A DNA stretch of 53,970 nucleotides, counting the filler, from Sphacelaria rigidula (Eukaryota), in assembly GCA_964200075.2 (NCBI GenBank). It is 4 parts of 4 records of this genome, joined end to end, with 100 filler letters (N's around TTAATTAATTAA, not from the genome) between each part and the next. Parts side by side here need not be neighbours in the genome. Positions count along the whole stretch, not along the records: positions 13,520 to 26,938 come from CAXNAA020002893.1; positions 27,039 to 40,455 come from CAXNAA020002894.1; 2 more parts are not named here. One strand, given 5' to 3'. Under the pieces are notes generated by a model. It did no database searches and was not told the origin of the DNA. It saw only the letters and a list, made by a program, of their open reading frames with translations. Position 1 is the stretch's first letter. The number at the start of each line of letters is the position of its first letter. Shown here one piece after another: positions 25,420 to 37,461 of this stretch. The position numbers were made by a program, and so were the translations under genes.

Positions 25420-26400
25420 TCGCCCTCAAACTCGGTAGTTCGATAGGTATTGATGCTCAAAATGGAAAAGTTGTATTCTTGACAAGATATAATGTTTTCT
25501 CCGTTCTCTACCGTCTTCCGGGGGTCCCAGCATGAAGACCCCCGGAAGCCGGTAGAGAATGCCCTAGAAAAAAAATATGAAATGATGCGTCCCGGGACAG
25601 TCCAAGGAACATATGTACAAAGTTTGGTGGAGAAAATCGAAAACCTCACAGTTTTCTTGCCTTGACGTCAAATTCACCCCAGAAGACGTTTCCATACTAA
25701 AACCAAGTATTTGGGAGTTGCACGTTTCAAGCCCACGTCCTCCACAAATGCGCAAACCTTCACGCTGTCATTAGGAGTTACATCCTGAAACTTCGCATTA
25801 ATATGCTATGTATCATTACGCAACTTTCTGCGGACGGTTTGTTTTGTAATTTTTGATTTTTTCACCGTTTTTCGGGGGTCCGACGGGATCGAAGTCGTTT
25901 TTCGAAGTAGTCTCCATTTTGGGACCCCAGAAAAACGGCACTACGATATTTTTCCATTTTCCCGCAAACTATCTGCCTCCGCATAACCCAAGGATAGTCT
26001 CCACAATTTTTCGTCGCAAAACTCGATCATCAACTGATGCTTGAATTTCCATGTATGTTCACGTCAAGTAAGGCCCAAAAACGCCGTTTTGGTACTAAAA
26101 TCAAGTAGTTTGCGGTTTCACCGCGGCACGGCAAACTTCATCGCACAAAAGCCAAAAACCTCACGCCGTTTCAAGGAGTTCGACCCTGAAATTGCACAAC
26201 TGTGGTTTGGAACATTACGCAACTTTGGATGGACGAGGTTTTTCGATTTTTTTTTGTTGCCGTTTTACGGGGGTCCGAATGGGTCGAGGTTTCTCCAAAA
26301 AAACTGGGACCCCCGAAAAAGGTGGAAAAAGTAAAAAAAGTAAATAAACGTCGACCGTCGAAAGTTGCGTAATTACCCATGGAACATTCGTGCAAAATTT
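25420..26400. repeat. Dispersed repeat made of diverged ~380-400-bp units with GGGGGTCC...GGACCCCC hairpins
   Basis: 23-bp stem hairpin at 25504-25559; related hairpins near 25870-25930 and 26265-26320; CATTACGCAACTTT recurs about 400 bp apart; 25423-25670 matches the reverse complement of about 52330-52575. Confidence 0.7.
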
Positions 26401-26584
26401 CAGGGTCTAACTCCTCAAAACGGCCTGAGGTTTTGCCGATGAGTGTTTTTTGGGTGATTACCGTGAACCAACCAGCCTGTAGTAGTAGTACCTACGTACA
26501 TCGTTGCTCTTGTTGGCGCGGAGATTATCCGAAATAACAATACCTTTTGGTGTTTGATATTCACCGTCCACATACGGTACTCAC

Positions 26585-26756
26585 CTGCAAGGCTGGCGAT
26601 GCCTCGCAGATGGAGGATGCATGGTGCCGCTTCCTTGGCCGCCAAGAATTCCTGCCGCAATGCCCCCGCCGCGCCGCCAGCACCGCCTCCCCCACCGGCC
26701 CGCTGCGCGGGTCCCACAACCGCATGCATGGTTGCCGTCCGAACGTGCAAGCCCAA
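26585..26756 (-). CDS. Single exon resembling the first AAA domain of peroxin PEX6
   Basis: CAG acceptor and G|GTGAGT donor; LGLHVRTATMHAVV...ALRQEFLAAKEAAPCILHLRGIASLA resembles the PEX6 D1 LGLH...F..A....PCILLL pattern. Confidence 0.55.
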
Positions 26757-26938
26757 CTGCTTTCGTTACATGAAGAGGAGAAAAAAAAAACGGGTTCCCA
26801 GTCTGTCGGCAATATATCCTTCGTTTTCTGTCATGATTTCAACCTCCACTTCCCCCTCCCCCCCCCGTCCCTAAGTAAGATTATTCAGGGTAGGAAAGAC
26901 ACCGGGCGGACAACATACTGTTTCTTCCTAGACGTGCA

Positions 26939-27038
26939 NNNNNNNNNNNNNNNNNNNNNNNNNNNNNNNNNNNNNNNNNNNNTTAATTAATTAANNNNNN
27001 NNNNNNNNNNNNNNNNNNNNNNNNNNNNNNNNNNNNNN
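26939..27038. other. Artificial contig-joining spacer
   Basis: Same N44-TTAATTAATTAA-N44 structure. Confidence 0.97.
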
Positions 27039-27312
27039 GGGGAAAGCACTGTTGTAGGCTTGAACCTCATCTCGGAGTTAAACCTCAATTCACACAATTT
27101 GTTGTTATAATCTCGCTCTCCTGCCGAAGGCGCTGATAAACGAGTACAGTATTATAGAGCAACAAACTAACAAAGGATTACTAATGCCACTGCTGCCGTC
27201 GCTGTCGAGTAAAATCTCTTATAATACGGCATGATAGAGTGTGTGAACGCGCGAACGGTCTTGTTTCAGCGAACACTACTACGGCAACAGCAGTAAAACT
27301 ACTACTGTATAT

Positions 27313-27400
27313 GCCGCGCTCCGGTGGTGTAATAGTCCGACTGCCGACATTAGGGTGGAGAGAACGGGGGTTCGATTCCCGATGCGTTGGGTTTTTTCTT
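27313..27400 (+). mobile_element. tRNA-derived SINE head or tRNA pseudogene
   Basis: A-box-like TGGTGTAATAG and B-box GGTTCGATTCC followed by a T-run; no clean acceptor stem. Confidence 0.5.
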
Positions 27401-30400
27401 CGTAATGTACGATTTCCACTGTGGAAAGCGTGGGAACGTGAGTAAACCAAGTAGCAACTGGATTTCTGTGACGTGAGTTGACACGGTGTGGGAATGCTGA
27501 CCCAATTCGCGAGACCAAAATGAAAGGCACGTGCCGGGGGAGAGAGGGGTTGATCCCTTGAGACCACGGATTCATCCCGAGGAAGGGGAGGGATTCAAAG
27601 TGTCAGGGAAAACAAGAAAATGGTGAAACATGTGTGAGGGGCCTTTTTGCTTAGAAACAGGCAGCGCACAGGGAGCCGCAGCAAGATGCTAACAGTATAC
27701 AATGTTTCGGTGGTCATGTTTTTGTTCCGTCGAGTCTCATATCAAGTACTGGTAATGTTATAGCTCCACTTTACTCGTCATAAAAGCCACGTTCAAGAAA
27801 CGTATACTTTTGCTGTGAACATCAATACCCATACGCTTAATAAAAACCAGTCGGTTGGCTCATCCTGGAGCCGCTATCACTCGCCGCGCTGCCCTTCTCT
27901 ACCCATTTGACCACTCAATTAATTTGAATAACCTAGAAGTAGCCCCACTACACAAAAAGGGCATTTTAAACTTGAGCAAGTCTCTTCATTGCGCCCTCCC
28001 AGCTGTCCATTATTTCTATTCAACATCGCCGTTCAATGATCTGCCTCAACGCCGCTAAAATGTCTTCCACTATACCATTCGAACCCTGGATCTTTCCCCC
28101 ACCCCCGTTCGCCTCTGTTCATCCAGAATACCCGCGACCATTGGTGGCCATCCTCGAGTTAGGGTGTGTGACGAAAAACAGGCTCAAACGCATACATGTA
28201 AACTGGAGAGAGGCACCCCACTGTCCAACTCCCTCCTCATCCCACCCACCCGCACTATTAGTAGTCAAGGCTGACGAATACCCCATGTCTCTAAAGCAGT
28301 AGCACTCTTTCTTTCCACCACGCCCCACAACTGTTGTTTCGATCTATCCACATGTATAACAAAATCGGTGGCGACACCGATCCCCTCGCGCTTCCCGTGG
28401 CTGACGGAGGACAACACCCCCTACTCCCACGGCGAACGCTTTCCGCCGTCGGTCATCCCGAGAGGACATGGTCGGCACGCCCGACATATATATATATTGT
28501 TTACAGTAGTATAGAAAATGTCCCACAAAACTACCGGCCGCGCGGGATGTGAAAACTGTCACTTACGGGTCATGCTTCATCTACCACTCACTACTGTCGC
28601 ACGTTCGCCCCTCGCCACACCCCTACCCCGTCTACCCTTCCTCTGTCCGCCCACACAGGTGTCATTCTCATCACTGTACATTACCTTTAAAACCCCACAT
28701 GGGAACTACTGTGGCATCGCGGCAGGGTTATTGGGAGATACAGGGTTTGACCATTTGCCGAGCAAGGTATGCAAACTTACGAGGTAACCACAAAGAGGTA
28801 AAGTTGCAAAAATCGAGGGTCGATGGCCTCGATACATAAATATTGTAAAAAAGGAACATAAATCTATATAAAATATATAAATAGAGATCCCATGTAAATA
28901 AACACCAATGTAAACCTACGAGATAGTGCTCACCACGATGTACCCACCCCCCACTCCCCTAAAAACGCACCTATTAAGATACGACGTATCGCCAAATTCT
29001 GTAGAAAATGTTTTTGCAAACTAAAGCAGCCGTTGGAAAGACTGCCAAAACATTCTTCGGAAAGCTACAAGATTTTTGGTAGGAATTCGCGATCGTAAAC
29101 AACAAATGAAGTAGCCAACACGCTGAAATGCGCTCCAAATGTTTCGGAGCCAAAATTTGGACCAGCATACGGATACTTACACACCTGCCTGCCACCCACA
29201 ATATTGCTGTGACATATCGATTGTTTTTTTTAAGCCGCGAGTGGAGAAAACGGTACGTCCCGAGATTACATCAAAAGTACTCCTGATGAAAACAGGCGAG
29301 AAATGTGCAAGGATCCCCACCATGAAAAGGGAGAAATGACATGTACGCGCTTGCAGTTCTGGGAGCGATAACGTGAAGGAAAACTATCAACATTGTTGCA
29401 ACTCGAACCGAAATCCACGGTACGGTAAACCACCCCCCCCCCCCCAAACAAGTCGCCCAGCCAGCCAAGCAACGGAGCAAGGGCCTACTGTATATTATGT
29501 GCATCCGGTGTAGCGAATAAATGGTTTTCAAGAACGCCGGGGGGGCCATCAACGTCCGTCCACACCTATCTCGACATCTGCAATGCTCAAAGTTTTCGCC
29601 AGATCAACCGAGAAACAAAATGTTCTGTGGGCGGTAGCACCGAAGATGTCGATATCATCGCGGCGGAAAAATCGGTCCAGGTGCATTCTCAAAAGTGCTG
29701 TACTGTACGAACTACCTAAATATGGTCATGACATACATGCCTGCCCCCGCTCAACCCTATTTATACACTTGTGCCTGTAACACGAAAACGTACTTCACTG
29801 CGAGTGCACGCAACTCCGAGTTCCCTACTCGTCATTGGTGCACCTGGCAGCAAAACCGCTCCGAGGCTACAAGACAAGCATGCCAATTTCCCTGATGTTC
29901 TTCAACTTTCAACTGTTCCCAAACACTCCATCACACATACTTTCGAGCCGCTAGCCATGGACAACATGAATACTACTTGCACAGCATGACGTTTGGTGAT
30001 CTTCACCCAACGAGAATGCGCGCACTTTCGGTTCCGACAGAGGAGTTCAAATCGCTTCTGCCCCTGCAGCCGCTGCCGCAGAACGATGTCATCCATCATC
30101 TTCTATGGTATATGCATCTGTCCCTCATGAACATCAGCTTGCTAACACTTCTGTGTGTGTCAAGACATACATCCAGCGGTCAACAAAATGTTCAACCACA
30201 CTTAAATAGACTTTCTACTTTGCACGTGTACGCAGCACCACTGCACTATCGATACACACTCTTTCCCTCCGCTCGTCAGACGCACTCCGCGGTTTGGAGG
30301 CCATCAATAACCACGCTGCGCAGTAGAAAACAGATCACGTCTGGGGCTACCGCATGCGCTTGCGATCAAGATCCCACGTCCATTATGCACACACCACCGC

Positions 30401-30593
30401 ACTATCACGCAAACGATATACTGTACCGCCACTAGCACCAATACCAGCACTACTAATACTACCACTACTATTGCCACTACCACCACCACCGCCACCACTA
30501 CTACTGTCACCACCAGGGCTGTCAAGGGGGGGGTGGCACGACTGAGTTTGAGGTAGGGTTACCCTGTAAATCAGAGTGGATACCCCCCGGCAT

Positions 30594-33500
30594 CTACCAG
30601 GTGGGTGCTTGCAACCAAGGCCCCACGTCCATCAAGCACATACCATCACCCGAAGAAGGCGGAGCACGAACACTGCCGCCAACACCATCATCGTTGCTAG
30701 TACCTCCTACGTCGGGGCAGCTACCCCGTAGGGCAGAGAGGCTGCCGCCGACGTTGTCACCCATACTGCCGATGCTGCTGCTGCTGCTGCTGCCGCCGCC
30801 GCCGCCGCCGCCGCCGCTCCATCCGGCGGAGCTCGTGCCGAAGGCGATCTCGCCCAACATGTGGAAATCTTCGACAGTCATGTCGCTGTTTGCCCAACGA
30901 TCCGATGGCAGCGCTGCTACTGCGCCGCCGCTGTCCCCGCCGCCGACACGCGCTACCGGGACGTGGTTGTCGTCGAAAAACATATCGTCGAAGTGCGTGT
31001 CGGTGGATGTTTCGGTCAGGCTTTGGTTCCCACCAAGATAGTAGCGAGGTCAGGGGAAGTACAGCGGAAGTTACAGGCGGCACAGGCAGCACAAGCGGCG
31101 CAAGGGAGGGCAGGGGTGGTGAGGGGGACATTAGGTTTTCATTTTCTGCGGTGACTAGCATATGGCGCAGCATCGCGTCCTGAGCTGCATCTCTCTCCAG
31201 CTTCTTTACACGTTAACAAGCGTTGGAGCTCCTCGTGTAGCATCGGTGTGGGAAAGTGCTCACGAATAGTCGTGAAATATTGTAGGAGCAGCGAATGACG
31301 ATGCCCCAACAGTGTGACGGGGCGAGGAATTTATATTTCTCATCGCGTCGCCGACACTCGGGTCGGACGTCTGATGGGCAAAACTACGAGCAGCATGACG
31401 AGCAGCTGATGCTACCCGCAGCGACGAGACCATGACATCAAGGGCGAGGGTAGGTGTGTGTCCGACGTTCACGCTGCAACGATCAATGGTTCAAAGGCGA
31501 AACCCCACGAGGCGACAAAATTGTCTCTCAATTTCGGCAGAGGTGATTCAAGCAAGAGACTCAACACCAACCCGACGTGAAACACGCGAAACGTGCTCTT
31601 GCCGTCACGAAATATCTGCTGCTTACTTGTCCATCGCGAACGGCAGGACATCATCATCGCTCCAAGAACCGCCGAAGGAACCCGCTGACACCGCTGACAC
31701 CGCTGACACCGCTGACACCGCTGACACCGCTGACACCGCTGCTGCCGCCGCCCTGTCGCGTCCACCAGCAGACAACGCACGCGCCTGCTGATGATCGTGA
31801 TAGAAGGTACTACCGGCGCTGCTGCTACGACTGTGAGAAGTGCTCGGGTGTTCGACATCGGAGAAAGAAATCGTGTCGTGAGACGAGGAAGATCGATGAA
31901 TCGAAGGCCGCCCGACAGCGGTCCTGTCGCCGACACCGCGGACTGACGTCATCATCCCACGTCCACTCCCGCAGAATCCTCTGCCATCACTGTTGCTGTA
32001 GCCAGAGTTGGTGCGATCCACACTATCGCCCTCCCCCGTCCCCGCTCCTGGGATTTTGAACCAGCCACGGGAGCTCTTGAACCAACCCCTGGAAGGACGA
32101 GTAGGCTGCTTGGAAATGCACGGGGAAATCGGCGATGTAGTTCTGGTCGTCGCTGTGCGCGACTGCCTGAGAGAACGAAGCTGCGCTTCGTCGGAGAAGT
32201 CGTAGCTGTTTTTGCGAAGGTCGATGTACGGTAGGGTTTGAGAATTCGGGTGCGAAGAAGCGCAGCGGGCATCGAGAGGACACGTGTGGGGGGAAAGGCC
32301 ATGAGTACGAGATAAGCTGTATCCATGTCCTGGTGACGTGTGGGGTGATTGCTTGTTCTGATCCAATTTACTTCGTGTCCTGCTGGACAACCCAAACATC
32401 TCAATCGGACAACCATGCACTGTTGATGACAGACTCAAGCACACTAGCATTATCGATGAAATATACCACTGTACATAATTTCTTGGTCCTCTTTGCAACC
32501 TACTCCACCTTCTTTCACGCGTCAAGGTACCTCGTGGTCGGTGGCAAAGATGTGGCTCCTGCCCTTTCAAAATACCCGCCGAAATTTGTGCGAGCATCCC
32601 GTTTCGCCGAAGCGGAAGGGCGAGGTGCGTCACAAAACTCGGGTAATGGCGAATACCAAAGCGGCGGGATCTGGGGTTGGTCCTCGTATACCGGAATCGA
32701 CATATCGTCAAAAATCGCTGTTTCAATCTCCGTCGATCCCGCGTCGTTTGCTGTGCATCCCGCGTTGGTGGAAAATCCTCCTGCGGTCGTAGATCCGTCG
32801 ACCGTGGAAGCGGAGTGGCTGGGCGAGATCGGAGCAGTCGAGCAACCCGTCGACGATGAACAGGAGACGGACATCCCGCCGATGTTACTGTTAATGCTGT
32901 TGATATTGTTGCTGTCGAGATCATCATCGTGGCCGTCGTTCCTGGCGCCGGTGCTACGTGACAGCAGCTTTGTCGGCGATGTGTCATTATTTTTTTGGCT
33001 AGTAGTCTTTGCCTCGCCGGGTTGTGGGTGACGGCTACCAGGGATGGACATGTCGAATGAACCGCCCCTGCTCGATGTAGTGCGAGGTGACCCGTGGCTC
33101 TTTCGCGTCAACTGGCGGAGAGAAGGAGAGGGGGAGGTGTTGAACCGATGTGACGGGCGAGAGCCATTGTGGGTGATCCATCATGATATATCAAGCATGA
33201 AATTGAGGTTGAGTGAATGTTAGTTAATCTACGAAGATGCTGCGGGGATTTTCCAATAAACGATCAATTGTGCTTATCGCCATTTGACTATATGGCAAGA
33301 GGTAATCCGCATTTTAATTTTTGCTGCGTAACCCCCCCGGTGAGAGCTGTTTCTCGGAACATATTTCACAGCGAAGCTCAAATTTTTTGTGGGTGGGGGC
33401 AAAAAACACAACACAGGGTAAAAAAGGAAGGGACGCGCGAGTTCACAATTCCGGCTCTTCAACCGTCCCACAGCAAAACTAGGGACAGTGCATGCGCCGC

Positions 33501-36500
33501 GAGACGGCGACATGAGGAAAAAAACGCAAATCAACATGAAGCAGGCGACTTACATGCACCATGCCGTGTCGAGCAAGATGAAGTCCGTCGAGAATTTTGT
33601 CCGTGATTGGTGCCACCAAATCGGAACACAAGCGTCCCACCTCCCTCGACGCCTCGAGCTCCGCCTCCAGCACACCAACCCTTCGGTTTATCCCCGATAT
33701 CTGCCGGTACGGCCAACGCTTGATCCCATAGTGCCGGCACAGTCTTTTCAATGATGTCACAGAAATGCTCAGCTCCTAGACGGTGTCAGAAACCCACAGC
33801 ACAGTCAGCGAGGGGGGGGAAGGGGGTCCTCGTGTTTACACTATGCAGTTGTTGCACCATGACCTTGTATCTTCGGGGGGACACGGAGATCTCATCTTCA
33901 TAATGCAGGTAGGAGAGGTAGGGAGAGAAATGTTGAAGAAGGGGGAGTAATCAGAGTTCTCATTATGCAAAACTATTCTTGCTTTCTTTCATTTTTTCTA
34001 CGTTTCTTTTACTCCGGTACTTTTTACCATGCTGAGAGTGCCACGTACACCGGAAACGATTTTCCTGGCCGTGAAATTGATCGATGTGGTGGAAAGTTCA
34101 TCATGTCCGGAAGATTGTTCTTCCGGTTCGGACAGTCGGGTAGTACAAGATCGTGAACTATTTGTAACCATTTCACGTCGAATTTCGCACTCTCAATGAA
34201 ATCTTCCCCCGATCTCGAAAACTCATCGATAATGATTCCGTTTTTCAGAATGATTTCGAGGGCTTCCAGGAAAGAGCATCACCTCCCAACCGATCAGAAA
34301 GATCGAACACGTGAACAGTCAATCATCAACTCGTATATTTCCGAACAACCCTAACCGTGACCCTCAAACCAAAGAAGGCATATCGAGAACCCTCGGGCAG
34401 GAAGGCTACAAAGTGTTCCCCATGTAACGTGTGCATTGACAGACCTCACATCGGTGCCGCAGGCGTCGATTCAATATTCATCAAGCCCATAGTGAGAACC
34501 GATAGCCTTGGAAATTACGCGAAGCTCAAATTGATCTCAACGCCGAAGATATGAGTGAAACCAAGTATAGTAGCTCATAAACAGAGAGAGCTGAAGTCAC
34601 GAAGCTACCGATGCGGGACTAATTTCAAGTACTTTTCATCACAATCCACCAAGGTCTACTGCAGTAGCGTTTGACACCATACCGTCACAAAGGATTTGTC
34701 TTCGCATTTGACGGCACACCCGCAACCCCGCCCTCCCCTCACCCGGACAAAACACAACGCCAAAACCCTTGATTTTTAATTGAGTGGCGTTCCTTCCTCC
34801 CGGGTGAAGAATGGAAGGAGTTGTAAACACGTGCAATGATGTACGCGCCACTCACGTTGTGCGAGAGGCGAATTCATGAATGAAGGGGAAATATTATGTT
34901 TTGTTTTTCTGTCCAAGTTGAGCAAGCTCGACCCGAACCTCGTGTACTGAAAATCTCCGTTCCAAATTTGCAACAACGCGCAGTTTTCGACGGCGTTCCC
35001 ACCGCAGCCTACGACGGTATCTCGGTTGGATAACATGTTCGTCACCTGCGGGATGTGCTTCACACGCGCGAATGGCAGCGATAAATAACTCAGACAACTG
35101 TCGAGATATGGAGGGGTCACACATCTCACTTCCAGACTCTCCCCCGTCCCGTCCCGTCCCCTTCCCTCCCGAACCCCGTCGCGCCGTACTTGTGGCATCC
35201 TACATCTTTGAATTGCCAAGAACCACCATAGAAGCAACCCGAAAATCTCCTCTGCAGCAAGAGTGACCGAACACACATAGATAACTCGTGGTGAACTGAT
35301 GTTTCCCTCCTACTCCCGTTTTAAGGGGGTGGGGTGTGCTGTATCAAGATGTCGGAGACATCATCCACTCGATCAACGCTGACTGAGTGGCTCAGTGGCA
35401 TATCCAACATTTTCATCTCTCTAGATAAGTCCGCAACTCAACCGCTTCCTGATCTCATAACGCGGCCGCTTTGGGTAACTGGCTTCATTCACCACACCAC
35501 TTCGATCTGCCTGACTTTTGACCAACCCTTTTCATCATGACAAAATAGTCATCATTATTTCCCGGAGCCTAGTAGTACACTCTAAAACCTGAACAAACTT
35601 GGGTTCATGAGGTCTGGCTGCGCCGAACCCCGGGAGCGTGATTGCTTGGATATAGAGCACCTTCCCACCCCCTCTCGAACTCGCGTTTGAACAGTTGAGG
35701 CATTGCAATCACTTCAGCTACGGACTACAATGCTGCGAATTTTGTGGTGTTCGCGGTTCCCCTGCACGAGGTTGTCGTGGATGAAAGAGGGGGCACCGTT
35801 GACAGTGGGCAAGCTCTAGGGTTGTGTACTGTCAACTACATTATCAACAAATTAAATCGATACGATAAATCGCATCGTATCAGCAAACGATGTCTATGTC
35901 GCCAGTCACTGGCTGAGTAGTATACTCGGTGCATAGGACATCGTCGCGGTTTGGATAAAAATCCAAGGACGATCAGGCTTGCACCCTCTCATCGCGCCTA
36001 CAGGCGCAGCCACCGACAGCTTCACGGTGTATCGGCATCGTCGGCAGATCGGCACCTGACAATTCTAATGTAGTCTCAAGCGGGTCTTCAGGTGATGTGC
36101 CTGAAATAATCAACAATGCGACAACGATGCGCCAACAGCAACCTATCTGATCGAGCATGTGTGGACGTGGACCACTATGGGATAGAGAGCGTACAACGTC
36201 TTGTGAGCAACACTACAGTCTCCAAAGGAACGGACGGCGGCATCGGGTGTTTCGGCGACACTTTCGTCTGTGATGTCGGCCGACACCTCCACGCTGTCGA
36301 CGTCACCCCCGGCACTGTCACCAATATCACCTCCGACAGTGTGGCCGACAGTGTTAGACATGTCATCGATAGACGTATGCTGCATTGTTGGGGGTATCGG
36401 CCACTTCGTTTCATAATTCAGGCATTGGAGTAGTAGGCTGAACGCCCATCCGTCATCATTGCTCAACTGGATTTAAACGACATACAAAGCTTCGTCGCTC

Positions 36501-37461
36501 GCGATGCAATTGGTCACAAAAGGCGGGAAAATCACACGCTTTTCGCAACACGCACTACTGGTAACTCGCGTAACCCGGAACCGCAACAAAAATCTGACTC
36601 GTTTCTGATAATCAGTTCACCGTCGTGGTGTGTGGAATTGGACCCTACTCTCCGCGACATTTTTTTGTTAAACACGTACCGATGATGGAACAACCGAATA
36701 AGCCCGGAAATGTCTTGGGTAGAAATCTATCTTTGAGAAAGGGATGGTGACCCCTTTGTCAAAGCGAGGAACTATCCCCATCACAAGAGTTCCACACCCA
36801 TATATATGCCGTCCGTATCGTAGTGCTATTTGAACTGCATCACCAAATTTTTTGCCAGCACAAGTACACACAGGCTGCTCGCAACGCGCACAACGCATTT
36901 CGCACCTTCGTGCATGTGAAGCATGCAGTCTTCTAGCGAGATTCTGGTGGTGTGTGCCTTATCGCAGCTTCAAGAAACTAGACAGCCCAGAGAGTCTCAC
37001 GGCAAAGTTGAGTGGAGCTGCGAAACGCCGCAAAAAGTTGAAAATCTTGGAAAACTTCACAACCAACAAAAATGCATGAACGGGGAATGTTTCCATGCCG
37101 GTCATACAACTCATACCTTAGCCGCAACCGCCAGCGGCAGTCTGAAGTGGCAACGCAGGGTGTCGACAGGAATCCGACGTGCGATGCCCTGGAGAGATTC
37201 CCTTCTCGCCGGGGCCGGCTTGCTGCTATCGTCTGGCTTGAGCACAGGCGGTGACGATGACCAGGAGGCCGACCGCTTTCTCTTTGACGGTGGTGTTTTG
37301 AGGTCGTGGTGTCGGTCGTCGTCATTGGCCTTATCGCTATTGCTATCGTTGACAGGTGATGTTGTTGTTCCGCGCTCGTGAGGGCTACCGTGTGTTGAGT
37401 CGCTGCTCTTGCTCGCGTCATCATTACCAGCAGCACCAGCTCCATCATCATCCCGTCGCTT
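30594..37461 (-). CDS. RWP-RK domain (NIN-like) transcription factor, start exon not located
   Basis: Phase-compatible exons 37461-37117, 33775-33641, 33111-32531, 32379-31627, 31473-31264, 31020-30594 (stop TAG; about 816 aa). The domain is split by a 3.3-kb intron: RIPVDTLRCHFRLPLAVAAK|ELSISVTSLKRLCRHYGIKRWPYRQI. The rest is Ser/Gly-rich low-complexity sequence, so those exon boundaries are less certain. Confidence 0.85.
31682..31740 (-). repeat. Coding 9-bp tandem repeat (CCGCTGACA)n giving AVSAVS in the RWP-RK protein
   Basis: About 6.5 perfect copies inside exon 32379-31627. Confidence 0.9.

Noticed and set aside
27313..27400. Functional tRNA gene
   Set aside because: A and B boxes are present but no convincing acceptor or anticodon stems; treated as SINE-like.
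31623..32987. 454-aa single-exon ORF
   Set aside because: Only its 3' part (32379-31627) fits the spliced RWP-RK model; the 5' part overlaps another exon in a different frame and an intron.
34856..35044. Candidate exon of the RWP-RK gene
   Set aside because: The N-terminal half of the domain is at 37461-37117 and joins directly in phase to 33775, leaving this segment intronic.
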